DNA from: Bugula neritina
Taxonomy: Eukaryota > Animalia > Bryozoa
Direction of reading: 5' to 3'
DNA: 64,000 nt
Assembly: GCA_964035545.1 (NCBI GenBank)
Contig: OZ037771.1
Span: forward strand, 2,491,628-2,555,627
Below are positions 1 to 13,680 of this stretch, piece by piece. Each line of letters begins with the position of its first letter. Position 1 is the stretch's first letter. The notes under the pieces were generated by a model. The model searched no databases, was not told where the DNA came from, and was given only the letters and a program-made list of their open reading frames with translations. The translations under genes and the position numbers were made by a program.

Positions 1-193
1 AGGAATGACACCAAAGCATTTGGCCACAGTACCCTGTTATAAAGCAACTGCAACTGCATGTCTACACCAGCTTGTTTGGTGGTGTCACATATAGCCAGAT
101 TGTACGACACTAGCATAGTGTGTCAGTAGGCACAATGTGATATCAAAGAGCAAGTGCTTGCTAGTAACAAACTGTTACAGAATATAAACTAAC

Positions 194-3100
194 CAAGAAA
201 TGGGGCTGGTTGATCACTTCTGAAGCAGTGGGTGTGCCGATGGGTGAACCAGGCAGGCCATCGTCGTCCAAACTCCGCCTATTTATCAACTTCCTTTCTA
301 GCTCACTCTAAAGTAGAAGAATGTAGACATCAGCATGGCCCACACCACATCTTACTGCCAAATTAGCATTCATAGTAGTTACCAGTTGGAACAGTTGAGC
401 TATAATTAATTCTCTAATTTGTATTCAAAGCCATGTTTTTCCCATCACAACTTCAATTAACCATCACACAAGTGTAATTAAACATTGATGTGGTAATAAC
501 AGTGCATGTCATTGATACCATTGTAGTGCTGAAATATCTACTCACAAGCTGCAAGACATAACTTATTTCACAGACCTTTGTTGATGAGAAACTCCAACAC
601 TTTGCTATTGTTTCATTAGTAATATTAGCAGTGAAAAACATTTTTGGAGATTTTAACTCAGCCACCAGGAAAAGGTTGGCCATAAAAGTGGGGGTTGAAA
701 GCTTTGGTGTCTGACTGCAAACTCATACTTTGGATCATAAATAAAAATTCAAAAGAAAACTCCAGAATTACATCAATTTTGTAATTTATGTTATGAAGAC
801 TTAATAAACAAGAGCTGCCATTACTAATCTGCATAATATTTGGACAAACTCAAAAACATCTATAATTAGCACTTGAGTTATTTTTAAATATGACTTTTAT
901 GTAATCTATTATAATATTTTGACCAAATCCTAATGGGTATATCATCCTTGACAACTTTGCCCAGCTTAGCTGTGTGAACTAGTAACAACACATGACTTAG
1001 CTGTGTGAACTAGTAACAACACATGGCCTAGCTGTGTGAACTAGTAACAACTCACCTTGAAGTTGGGGCCGGTGGTGGAGAGAACCTCCATAGAGGCAGA
1101 ACTCTGTCTCATTCCGATGAGCCCTGATTTGGGCAAACTGTGATTGTCTGGGGAGAAAGTGCTGCCGACATCAACCGGCATGCTCTGGCTGCAGGAGAAA
1201 CAGCGACATTCAGCTAAGCTAAGTTCACTAAATGCTGAATTGAAGCTACAAACTAGTGCAGCCAGCAACACTTGAAGTATACGTTTGAATCCACTTTATC
1301 TGATCAGAGCTTTATGATGTTTTATTGAAAGAGATAATACAAACTGGAGTAAGAGTCAAGTAGTACTCGAGCTTATCATCAGCAGCTTGCTCTTACAGCT
1401 ACTCCAGTATTATGCAACCAATACATTCTACATTACAAATCGTAACACTCAAATATTAGGTGCTTCCGGAGATTGCATAAAAAATAATTTTAATTTAATA
1501 TATCATGCTATTTTTAACCACATCTGATTTGATGCTACCTGCAAACATGCAATTAAATGCCACCTGTATGCTATGCATCTACTTTAGAAACTGCAACTAA
1601 CAAACATATATAAGACACACTAATATACAATTACCAATTATCTATAAATTGAAAAGCAAAGTGGAACACTAGTAGGTATTTATGTAACTCTGAAGTTTGT
1701 GCCAAAACCTGATACCTGATTGGTCGATGTGACACAAACCTGCTATGTGATTGGTCGATGTGACACAAACCTGCTATGTGATTGGTCGATGTGATACAAA
1801 CCTGCTATGTGATTGGTCGATGTGGGCTGACTGCTGCAGCTCTCCCTCCCCTGCTGATTCATCCTCAGAAACACCTTCTCTGTTGTCCTGATTCTTCGGC
1901 CGTTTCTTCTTAGTGCTGAGAAATCCTCGAATCCGCCCCAACACAGAAGGACGCTTGCTCTTGATTTTGTTGTTAGTGTTGAGTTCCTCCATCGAATTGA
2001 AACATTCTTCTGGTTAGAAACATAAACATGATATTTTTCAGAAATTTTTTCAAATCATCAGTAACGACTTGGAAAAAAAACTTTTATATTTTTATTCTAC
2101 ACAAGAAAATATGTTAATTATTTACAAAAATAAAACTTTACTGCAACATTTTGACCATGTAATTTGCTGCTGAACTCGCAATGTATGTATTTGTGTTATT
2201 TTCCATGTTCACTGGAAGCTGACAACAAAGCTGTGGTTGAACTTATCAGGATACAAAAAAATACAATTTCACAACACATTATTACAGCTCAACAGTTTGA
2301 CTTGCAGACAGTGTTATCAGCAGCGTTGGCCTAGCGCCTGAGTCAGCACCAATATTGGCAGCAACAGTATTGGCAGCGCTAATATTGGCAGCTCGGTGTA
2401 AAGCAGCAACTTATGTAGTAGCAGATAACACTAAAGTCTTGTAGTACAGTAGTAGTAGTAGTAGTAGTAGTAGTTGTTGTTCTATTATATACGACAGCAT
2501 TATGTAGATAATAACTATTATTTATAGATGATTGCATCAGTATCTATGCAGGTCTATAGTTGCAAGTATTGATTTAGCTATCAGTTATTATAATAGGAGA
2601 AAGAGTTGTGTAAAGTAAAGCAACAGTAATTATAGAGTAGACCTTGTTACCCAACATATTATAAACTTGAGCTAGGTGCAGTAAGAGATATATTGAAAAA
2701 AAGCTTGTGTTCTTGATGAGCAAAAATGTTATTTTTTTTGAGAATTTCAACCCCCCCCAAAAAAAATTTCATAAAAAATAACTTGGGCTACTAACTTTCT
2801 TGGTAACTTAATGTTACAAAAATGGCTATAGTTTATTAAACTACAGGGAAATAACTTTCAAACAGACAGTTATTTATAATTAATTTAACTTAAAAAACCT
2901 GCATAAAAATATAACGTTTTAATTAGAAAGTGAAACTGAATTTGCATTATAAGTTACAAAGTTGATCCAATCCTCCCCATTAAACATCTGTGGTAAATTT
3001 TTCCCACCATTACAATAGCAAGATTTGCAGTCTCCAAGATTGTAAAGCGAGTCAAAGGTAAAAATATAACTCGCATGGTGACAAACTTTTAAGATATTTC

Positions 3101-3213
3101 CACTCTAAATCTTACGACAGTGAGCTGATGTCACAAGTTTTGGTTCAAAGAAGAATACATGAGGATATGAAAGCTGACATACCCGTGCTGCCGGAATTGC
3201 CCTGTGACTCCAT
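194..3213 (-). CDS. CRACD/KIAA1211-like (DUF4592-type) protein, 5' part; gene continues beyond the left edge
   Basis: Four exons splice in frame with GT-AG and matching phases: 3213-3183, 2009-1802, 1188-1056, 307-194. Translation: MESQGNSGSTEECFNSMEELNTNNKIKSKRPSVLGRIRGFLSTKKKRPK...SQSMPVDVGSTFSPDN...SSASMEVLS...FKSELERKLINRRSLDDDGLPGSPIGTP. The basic amphipathic F..KKKR segment followed by DDGLPxSP recalls the CRACD/CRACDL N-terminus (family call from memory, no search run). A 5' UTR extends to an acceptor near 3411. Confidence 0.6.
965..1052. repeat. 31-bp minisatellite, about 3 copies, directly after a 5' splice site
   Basis: Unit cttagctgtgtgaactagtaacaacacatga. On the - strand the array begins at the donor AAG|GTGAGTTGTTACTAG. 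Confidence 0.9.
1717..1824. repeat. 31-bp minisatellite, about 3.5 copies, duplicating an exon end plus donor
   Basis: Unit tgattggtcgatgtgacacaaacctgctatg; - strand reads CATCGACCAATCACATAGCAG|GTTTGTGTCA. Confidence 0.92.
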
Positions 3214-5049
3214 CTGGAAGTGTGATGCTACACTGCGTTGTACCCGACAGCAAAAGTTCACCACATGTTGCCAGGCAGCACCCAGTCCAGTGTTCTCTAG
3301 AGCTCCGTACTCGCTACAAGGTAGATGCAGGTATAACTGTTGATGTAGAGATCAAAGTGGGAGTTCTGAGCAGTGAATAACCCACATGATCAGTTTCCAG
3401 GGTGAACACTCTAGAGTTTGTGAAAGGTCATACAATAACCCCTAGATATCATGCAATCAATTAATCATTTGGCTTTGCATTTAATTTTTAACCCAAATTA
3501 CATCTAAAAAACCATCTTTTTGCAAGACATGGCTAATGGTTTTGCTCCAACTTACCACATTGCACTTTCAACTCCAAGCAGGGGTGGCAGTTTATTAGCC
3601 AATTAAAATAGAATAAAATTTATGCGGTTACTTTATCTATTTATATCATACCAGCACCACAAAGTCTGTGTATTGAGCATTACTCTAAACCCTACTACGA
3701 CCAGCACTATCTCGCAGGCCGAGATATGGAATAATGATATACAAGGATGCAGGAGATAAGAACAGCATTTACGCCTACTGATGTTTTATCTTTGTATAAC
3801 TTTCTATTCAACACTTGAAATATCTACATGGAGTGTAATTGAAATATTGAATGCATTAACTTGAGGTTGAACACTTTCAGTTGAACAATCACAATGAATT
3901 ACACAACCAATAACCAATAGTGAATATCCAGTAGTGTGAGCACATTGAATAGAATACATATGATGATATCACAATTAACAAAATCAGCAACTCCTGTCTA
4001 TATTTAGCATATGCATTGCCTATAATATTACACTACAGTAGTAAATCATGAGGTAGATTAGGTAATATTTCAAATGCTTTATATAAACGAGATGAATAAT
4101 TTCCCATGCAGATAGCCTGTCTTATGCAGCATATAAGATAAAACTTGAGATTGGAAAATTTTCAGTTTGATATATAATAGCAAAAAGAGAACCTACTTAA
4201 AAACTAGTACTGCAGTTCATATAGTACAGTGTTACTGAACTGCTGGACAACATGCTAATACTAACTGAACACATTTTTGCTGTTGGAGAACGTTGAACTG
4301 TGATGACCTTCACACATATGCTAAGCTGTGCTTTCATTTTAATAAAGCAATACCCGTTTATTTATTTCACTGAAAACTATAACAAAGCTAAACTAAATTA
4401 TTGAATTTCTTAGGCAAATTCATGTCAAGTTGTTTAAATTGGATAAAGCTAGCAAGGCATTTTTTTAATTGAAATTTATCATACTATCAATGCATTTCTT
4501 ATCATTTTAATTTCAAAACAACAAAATAAAATAGATTGGATAAATTTTAACAAATACATATGTTCAACAAATTGCATGATTCAGCTTTAAACCTTCGTCT
4601 AGTTGACAATATTTTCAACTGCATTGGAAATAAAGTTAAACCTAAAGGTTTTAGTCTATAGGTTGCTTAATGGAAGAGCTACAAAAGATGAAGTAGCTTT
4701 TGCACTGAAGCATAATCCACGGGTTTTCAATAGCCTATTGATACTTGCATTAAGAGGTAGTTATAGTAAAGGAGAAACTAAGAAAAGCCGGTGCTCTAGA
4801 TTAGAGATGGAGCAAAAGAAATTCTCTCAAGGATTTCAACTCGGCCCCAAACCAAAATTTAATAATAAAATTAATGAACTTGAGCTATCTCAATTTCTCC
4901 ACTACTGCTCCTAGATGTGCATTAAGGATGTCAGTATACAAGCAGCTCATGAAATCAAAGAAAGCATGTAACATTCTTCAGTTCAATCACCATAATTATA
5001 TTGAAAGTATATGTCAGACAGCTAGTGTGTTAACCTACATTGACTTTTG

Positions 5050-5440
5050 CTAATACTACTAGTACCTTAGTAATACTAGCACTACTAGTACTAAAAGACT
5101 AGTACTACTAAAGTACTTCTACTACTAGTAGTAGTAGTAGTAGTAGTACAATACCAATAGAGTTAGACTACTAGCACTATTATTTACTGTCTATTAGTAT
5201 TAGTATTACTGCTACTACTGTCTACTAGAACACTATTAGTAGTACTACTAATAATTGTACTAGCAGTAATAGTACTAGTAGTACTAGTAACTAAACTTGA
5301 TAAAATAACAATTAGCATTGATACTGCATTTACAATTTGATTTACTGATTTAGATTTACTGAATAAGTGAATTAGTTTTACAACTACAAGTACAGTAGTA
5401 TACGTAGTAGCAGTAATAGAAGTATGAGTATGACTATGAG
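5050..5440. repeat. Degenerate (TAG/TAC)n low-complexity tract
   Basis: Visible ACT/AGT triplet runs; source of spurious ORF 5184-5462. Confidence 0.8.
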
Positions 5441-5993
5441 TAAGCTTGTCATCCTTGGCCATTTTTATGTTGATTTACAATTACATTTACTTTTTAGTTT
5501 TAGGAGTAAAACTCCTAGTCTACAACTGCAAGAATAACACCAACACTGACAGTAGCTGCAACAGTAAGCTTTAGAGTTGGAATAGGTGAACTGCTGCTAC
5601 TGCTAGACTTAGTTTTACTGTTACTTTTGACTCACTTTTAGAGTTGGTGTTGACGCTAGTCCTGCCTCTGGCTTTTAGTTTTAGTTTTACTTCCACTTCC
5701 AGTTTCACTTGTAAATTCAAATTGATTTTGAGATTTGAATGCCTTTAACTTTTAAGGCTTTAACCAAAAACTTCAAAATGAAATTAGATTAAACTTAATT
5801 TTGATAAATATTAAAATGCATTGTGATTATAATTATCAAATCTTATTCTCAAGATTTTTGTAACTGTATTACTATTAGTATAACTATAAAATTAAGTATT
5901 ACATCACTGTTACTGTTAGTATTACTATTAGATACAGTTTTCTATACTAGTATAACGTTGTCATTTACAAATCTCCAGCAGGCAAGAGTCAAA

Positions 5994-6018
5994 GATAACC
6001 ACGTGGTTATCACGTGAG
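5994..6018. promoter_or_regulatory. Tandem E-boxes (CACGTG x2), the first inside an 18-bp palindrome
   Basis: GATAACCACGTGGTTATC is a perfect palindrome, overlapping TCACGTGA. It lies upstream of the CRACD-like gene. Regulatory function is inferred. Confidence 0.35.
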
Positions 6019-6715
6019 CTCAGATAAAATATAATATTACACTGACAACTCCGAATAAATAAACTTTCTTAATGAGAAAGCAACTCTATAGTTGAAAATG
6101 CATAAAACCGTCACCTGACCACTGAAAGTTTACACATTTTTTTAAAATATACAACTATTGTTAGGTTGCATCCTATGCATTTGGCTGGTTTAAGAATTCT
6201 TTAAATATTACAACTAATTGGTATGATTAATTGAATTTTGTATAATTGGTTATTGGGTTTTATGATATTCATTGCTGCATGACCATAAAAATGAAAAAAA
6301 TGCTGCAGGTTAAAATTAATTTGTAAGTAATGGATGACATATTTTAGTTTTAGGAGTCCGAAAACTTGTTAAGCTATTCATAATTTTTTTTATTGTTGTG
6401 ACACTATATTTTTATATTATTTTAAATTTTTTTCAACTGTAAACACAATTGTATTCTGGCATAGTAGTGACAATGTAGCTACTTCAACCGCATTAAACTT
6501 CAGTTATATAGATAAGAGCTATATATTATAACATGTGAAATATTTGGTTGTGAGCAACAAACAAAATTTAATGAGCACCAAATTATACAAAACAAAGTAA
6601 ATTAATTTAACAAAAACAGGTAACAGTTTCAGTGAGATTCAACCATAGGTAAGATGTAATAATAATGTTAAAACCATATACATAAGGTCTGTTGTACAAT
6701 GTACATGTACACAAG

Positions 6716-7120
<405 letters not shown>

Positions 7121-7161
7121 TGATGATATTCCCTATGTACAGCAGAGAGCATTTAGATAAT

Positions 7162-10100
7162 TCACTCCTCATCTGATTGCTCTGCTAGAAGCTTTCTTTC
7201 CTCTGCGTTCCCAAGATTTGTCTTCTCTATAGCTGTTGGCTTGAGAGGTAGGCCAAGTAGCTTCATAGTCAGTAGATATATACTCATCACTATGAGCTAA
7301 GTAAGAATAATCACTATTAATGGTGTTGTAATCTGCACACAATTTGCTTCGAGGATAACTCCAAAGATCTTTGTATGGCCATAATGGCTACAATTAACTA
7401 ATGGTAAGCTGAAGCCTAGTATCGTCTGCATTAAATTACCTATGAGATTCTCATCAAGTTTTCTCGTGAATTTTGTATTCAATAGATAGAGCATTTAACC
7501 CGAATTCTTTACCAACAATTAAATTGTCTTAGCACATAGTAATGAATAGAATCTTTACAAATAAAGAATTGCCTGCCAGTTATTAACTAAATAATCTTAA
7601 TCAGTATATTTATACTAAGGAAAATATACTTTAATTATGTACAGCAATGTTTCAAATACATATAATATCATGATAGACGGCTTTTAATGATGCGATCCTT
7701 TCTCAAAGATCTTTTGGAAGTTATCTGCTTTTCAGAAACATTGCATGGGACATGTAGGTGATGAAAATATAACTGTTTAGGCAATTATGTTGCGTACAAA
7801 CACTCTATAAACTTGCATTAAAAACACCTTTAGAAAATATTTATATATTTATTCAAAATTTTTTGCAGAGATTAAATATTTTTAATCTCTAACTGATGCA
7901 ACCATTGTGTAATTTTACTTATTGCATGTGTATACATTTACTATTCCACAAACCCATTGTTTCAGCAATAATAAAATATTTATATTATTATTTTTCTAAA
8001 AACTTATGCCAACTTTTCAAATTTGCAAAAGCAAGTTTTTATGACACTAAACTCACCACAAGCAATGAGAGACCAGCGAGTGCTGTGAGAGTCCAGGTGA
8101 AGTCTGACACCTGAGTGATTGCCCCTCCAAAAACTGGTCCTATTAGAGCACCAAGTGAATATGCACTATTTAGAGTTCCAGTAACTGCACCATACGTCTG
8201 CGTACTGTCTTTCTCATGTCCATTCACACTGATTCAGGGAAATATTTATTGGATGGTGAATGAAGTAAGAAAACTGAAGTTTAACTACATTCACTAGGAA
8301 GAACATGTACCCTATTATTCCAAAAAAACATAAAAGACTCTTTTTAGAAAGCTAGTTAAATCAATTTCAAATTTAAGATGTTTTCAACTGGTTCAAGTAA
8401 AATGCAGGTGAATTATAGGCTGACTTACACTGCCAGGTCCATTGCTGCCTGAAAAGCTGGCACATACTGAAATCCATTCATCAATGTTGTCATTGCTATG
8501 CACACTGTTGATAATACAGGAAATCTGAAACATGGCACATTTAATTTTAAGCTAAAGTAGTCTTGCCATAATTATATTATAGACTGTTCTAAAGATCAGT
8601 AGAAAAGCACCAACACACATTCTATGATACAGTTGCTCTCACACTTAATGGTTATAGAAATCTCTTTGACAATAATTTTAATCACTGCTTTACATGAATT
8701 AACAAATTCATTAACTCGCAAAGTTATTAAACTACTTTACAATTCAATTATAAAAGAATGAACGCAATATTTTCGGGTTTGTAAATTCAAAACATGACAT
8801 TACAAGTTCTATCTTATTAATTTAGACAACAAGTTATAGCAAAATAAACAAGTTTTTGTTAGAGATGAATGTTAAAGTGGATAAAACAAAATTTTAGCCG
8901 GAAGACTTACTTCTGATCGTTGAAGAGAAATTCTAGGAAGGGTGAAGGCCCAGCCAGCATGTAGAGTAAAACAGCAGCCAGCCATGCTATGAGTATTTGA
9001 CTGTATATGAATCCCTGACAATGAAATATTCAACACATCACCATTGAGGGTGTTTGTGTGCAGAAAATACTTGCTATGTACTTTTAATCAACAAATCTTT
9101 AACAAAGCAGAATGCCAACAAAATTATCTGTGAAAAATTTCAACCTACTTGCTCATTAAATTTCACCCAGAATTTTAAGTGGAAGCATAATAATTTATTA
9201 AACCTGTTGTGTGACTGTGAATGTGTGTACATGTGTATGTGGGTGTGTGTGTGTGTGTGTGTGTGTGCGTGTGCCTGTGCGTGTGTGCGTGTGTGCGTGT
9301 GTGCGTGTGTGCGTGTGCGTGTGCGTGTGCGTGTGCGTGTGCGTGTGCGTGTGTGTGTGATACATACCTTGTTTACAAGAGGAGGAACTGAAAGACATCC
9401 TATCAAGTACCCAATTGACCAGAGACCATAAATTATTCCTAGAGTAGAGGCTGACATCTGAAACTATAAAAAGAAAATAGCTATGCTGACTCTAGCAGCT
9501 TTACAGTTTCATGTCTTTTGAATGAATTTATTCTGTCCTAGAATTATTAAATATAATTCTTACAGTAGAGGAGAGATAGTTGCCTGCCCCTGTCATTGTG
9601 GCTTCTGAGTTTGTTCCGTATATAAGAACTTGAAAAAACAGCATTGCAACACCAGGTATGTTGAGAATATTTATAGATGTTTTATTGCTAGTTTCTTCAC
9701 TTTCTAAAATGAAAAATATTTTCCAGCTGTTTTTATATTATTGTGAGGCTTAAGGAAAACTCATGAAAGCCACTTTGTATAAATATCCCACCACCATCAG
9801 CAAGTATCTTATAAAATATCTAACACACAAGAACAATTAATAGTACCTCAGTGAAATTATTTATAGAACTAAATGCATATTCTGACGGCATGAGAACAAT
9901 TAAAACCATGTAATGGGTTTTATATCTTCCAATATCAGCATGAAATAAAACTGTATACCCTCAACTTTAAAAAAACATTTCGTAAGTTGCAAAACAATGC
10001 ATGGACATACCCAAAGAAGGCAAAACCAGTGCTTGAACAACGTTAAGAAGAAACAAAGAACCTCCCAGAATCCAGAAGACACCAGTATAGCTGTCTATCT

Positions 10101-13100
10101 GAAATTATTACTAATATTTTAAAGCGTTTTTATGTCTTATTCCATCTGTACAATTAATACTGCAAATCAAAAGGAGGCTCTTTAATAGAACTATTTTTAG
10201 CTACATACTTATAATGTAATTTTGAAAATTTTTTAATCAGGCAATATCACAGATGCCTAACATTTCAATTTTGTAAATAATTTCAAAACTTGTTTCAAAT
10301 TCGCTTGGTCTTTTCCACTAAGGTAAAGCTCAAAACTTTTAAATCTAAACTTCTAGTTGACCTGTGTCAATTCTCCACTCCTTCAATTATCCTGTAAGGC
10401 GTAGGCCATGTAGCTAATCTACAGTACAACAATATAACAAGATTGGAAGAAAGCATCTCTTCCTGCATTGAAGAGAAACACATGCTATTTGTTGCTATGG
10501 TTACCATCATTATACAGCCTTTACTGTCTTGGATTTCTTTTCAATAAAACTTACTAATTCATACAGTCCAGCGCCTAGAGCTGGTCCCATTATCCATCCA
10601 AGAGCTTGAGTTCCTTCTGCTGCTCCCTAAACAAGGAACAAACAAAGAACTTAACAAACAAACAAATAAATAAATTGATGAGCAAACAAATAAATGAACT
10701 TTTAGGTCAGATTTTGAGCTAAAAATTTTCGTCATTGATTGTAGACATTCTGTGTTTCTGGAGATAGCACAGTTAAGCCATTTTGTTGCAAAGCCTGAGG
10801 TTTAACAAATGATTGTAAGAGAGTTGCATCAGTTAAGTTAAGTTCTAGGCTTGCAATCAGAAACCTCAGCTATTAATGAAGATTAATAGTTTCGCATATA
10901 AACAGTGTGTTATATGACGGACAAATAAGAAATATCAACAATGACAATCAGCATAAGCATTTATCTGCACCCACTAACTCCTGAAAAGCTATGATATTTA
11001 CTTAACATATTGACAAACTAAAATAATAACTATAGAAGTCCAGCTATGCACATTTATTAAAATAAAGTAATATAATATTGTTTATATTTTCTTCTATGAG
11101 GTTTACATTCTCACTCAACTTATAACTCAAAGTTTATATTTTTTTAAAAATGTGTTCCATATTGTCTGTATTGTTCCATGGCTTTTTGACTTTTTAACAA
11201 GCTTGTTACTAGCATGATAAACTCTTCATATCTATAGATATTGCTTTAGCCTCATTGTGGTTACATTAGACTTGCCCTACAGATTGCTATAAAACATCAC
11301 CATAGTAATGAAAGCTGGACAACTTACTATTACGAAACTGCTAGAATACGAAGTGACTTTTAGCAGAAGTGTAATGGCTGCCACAGTAAGCATAGCTGAC
11401 CCAGAGCCAGCTAGAAATCTGGTGAGGGAACATAAGACCAAGTAGAGTGTACCAGATGTGCTGTCTACTAGCCTGTCAACAGATTAATCAGAAACATTTC
11501 TGTTTGATGAGAATCTTCTTCACTGATAATTATGCTATAAGTTAAAAGTAAGCTGCATACTGAACATATAACTAGTAATAAAACTAACTATATATTATAA
11601 TGCTCTGCAGACTAATAAGTACTCAACATATTTTATAAATGTATTACTACTCACCCAAACAGTACGCAGCACACAGATGTTACTCCGCCTCCTACTACAC
11701 ACCAATGTTTTGGATTTGCTTTGCTTATCTAAATCATTGCACTACACTATTATTACTTGAGGCAGATCATGCATACACCTTTTAGTATTATAAACATATG
11801 CGGCTAGTAATGCTAGAAAATTATGTTCACATAAAAATAGGATTTGAATTATTCTTGCAAAAAAAAAACAATGCTTTAGATTTATTTAAAATATGCATTA
11901 GAAAAACAAGTAAAATAACATTTTATATTTGAAAATTTTAGGATAGTTTCAATCAAAAATATAAAAAAATTTTAGCATTACAATGGTAAGTATTCTAACA
12001 AATCTAAAATTAACATTTCAGAGCTGAAAAATAAAGATGTATTTTTTCTTTTCTCAATAACAATTCTTTCTTACAATTTTTAATTTTTTCTTTTGTTCAA
12101 AAACTGTTTTTAAATGTAAGCTGATTAAATGGTTTCCTGTGCACAAATAAATAATCTATCGAAAATCATTTTTGGTATTGAAATTATAATTAGTTATCAG
12201 TTTTGTGACAATAGATGATTTAGCCAAATAATAAAAAACAATAAAACAGATTGTAATATTTAATTAGATGATGATTAGCAATCTATAGTGAACTAAAACA
12301 TTCAATATGAGTTTGTTTAGGAGTGCAGCATTCTCCTCACTCTTCTATAGGTAATAAAAGGAGTTTTTCCCAAGTAGTCCAACTAACAGCCTAACAGTAG
12401 TTGTTTTAAGTCAAAATACAGTGAAAAAATGGAGTCATGCCTGAATAGCATTAGTTCCAGTAACATGAGAAATTGCCTGATTGTGAAATAAAATTATCGC
12501 ACCCCAGACTCAAAGCAAAACTATAACAGAAGTTTATAGGCAATAGACATTATTGCACCTAACAAAACGCCATACTGGTATACAAAGCCCTATATTTGCT
12601 ATGTTGCACCATTGAACTTTAAGACTAAAAGATGAACCTAGTGTGTAATGAGATATTCAAACTTGAGACCTGCAATTTAACTCTAAATTTCAGTAGTGGT
12701 ATAATAAATATATAACAACATACAAATTACATAATATTAGCATGACATGAAACATTAAAGTCAGTTTTCTTTCACCCAGGTCAGTAATTATTGCTAGCAC
12801 CAGTGTCTAGTGTCAGCTTCAAATACTTATTTGTAATACATCAGTTAGATTTGTTTTGAATGATTAAAGAGTGAAAATGAAACTAATATAGCTAAAAATA
12901 GGTAAACTATCTATTCAATATAATTACTGTCTAAAGGTGATTTAAACCATTAATCAACCTTAAGCTTTTTTATTTGCAGATTTGTCAGGTATTTCAAATG
13001 AAGTTGGCCAATTCTTGAGTTATTGCAAAAACAATCGTTTTCATTTTGATTAGGTTATCCATACCTACAAAGCAAAAAGAAATTAGAAATATTACTTTAA

Positions 13101-13373
13101 TAGTTACAAAATGCAGATATTGAAAGAAATCTGACTCACCAAGCAACCGGTGGCAAAAGAGGAGACAAATCTAGCAAATTCGAATGAAGAAAACACAATC
13201 CCAATGTATGTTGGAGTTAATCCTCTAGCAGTAGCTTCCTGAGGAAAGAATGGATAAAGAAAGGTGTCTGTGCAGAGAGCTACGAACTGTACAGTGAGTA
13301 CGACAATCATAAGTAGCCTTTCTTTCCAAACTGAGTTGAGATTAGATGTAGGTCTGTCATTGCAGTTCCCCAT
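7162..13373 (-). CDS. SLC18B1-like: MFS transporter, SLC18B1-like (vesicular amine/polyamine transporter family), copy A, about 451 aa
   Basis: 11 exons: 13373-13140, 11728-11655, 11472-11328, 10626-10555, 10098-10011, 9703-9564, 9463-9368, 9014-8911, 8524-8429, 8228-8057, 7296-7162. All GT-AG, frame open. Motifs YPFFPQEATARG, LTRFLAG, GPALGAGLY, GPSPFL, NGHEKDSTQTYGAVTG and LGALIGPVFGG match the SLC18B1 layout. C-terminus ends EERKLLAEQSDEE. Confidence 0.9.
9224..9360. repeat. (GT)n/(GTGCGT)n microsatellite in intron 7 of copy A
   Basis: Seen directly, a few nt inside the exon-7 donor on the - strand. Confidence 0.95.
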
Positions 13374-13579
13374 TTTGAGATAATTCTCTCTGTGGATCTG
13401 TTGACTAGAAAGCTAACCTAGATGAAAATAAAGCTCCTTCCTATCTAATATACAATTGCAATATAAATGCCATATGACTTGAGGTAATATTAATCCAGTT
13501 TTAAACTTTGCCAATTTATCAAATACCTCAATATGATTTAGACAGGCTATATATTAAAACCACAGACTTTATCTTCAGT

Positions 13580-13680
13580 ACAAATCCAGGAATAGCCTCT
13601 TTCTCTCGAGCTTTTTGAGAGTAGATGTAGGTCGATCGTTGCAATAACCCACTTTTAGCTAGTTCTCTTTTCACTGTGTA
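13580..13680 (-). pseudogene. Degenerate duplicate of the SLC18B1-like first coding exon start
   Basis: - strand reads aaaaGTG GGT TAT TGC AAC GAT CGA CCT ACA TCT ACT CTC (VGYCNDRPTSTL) versus aaaATG GGG AAC TGC AAT GAC AGA CCT ACA TCT AAT CTC (MGNCNDRPTSNL) 280 bp downstream. The ATG is lost and the frame diverges afterwards. Confidence 0.75.

Noticed and set aside
453-715. ORF 453-683 (-) as an extra CRACD-like exon
   Set aside because: The flanking exons already join in phase 0. A phase-0 entry at the nearby acceptor hits a stop, and the ORF peptide looks non-coding.
2330-2400. Three short ATTGGCAGC repeats resembling transposon subterminal motifs
   Set aside because: Too short, with no element boundaries.
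4750-4920. Degenerate MITE with weak inverted ends, and ORF 4603-4914
   Set aside because: The inverted similarity is too patchy, there is no TSD or second copy in the window, and the ORF has no recognisable motif.
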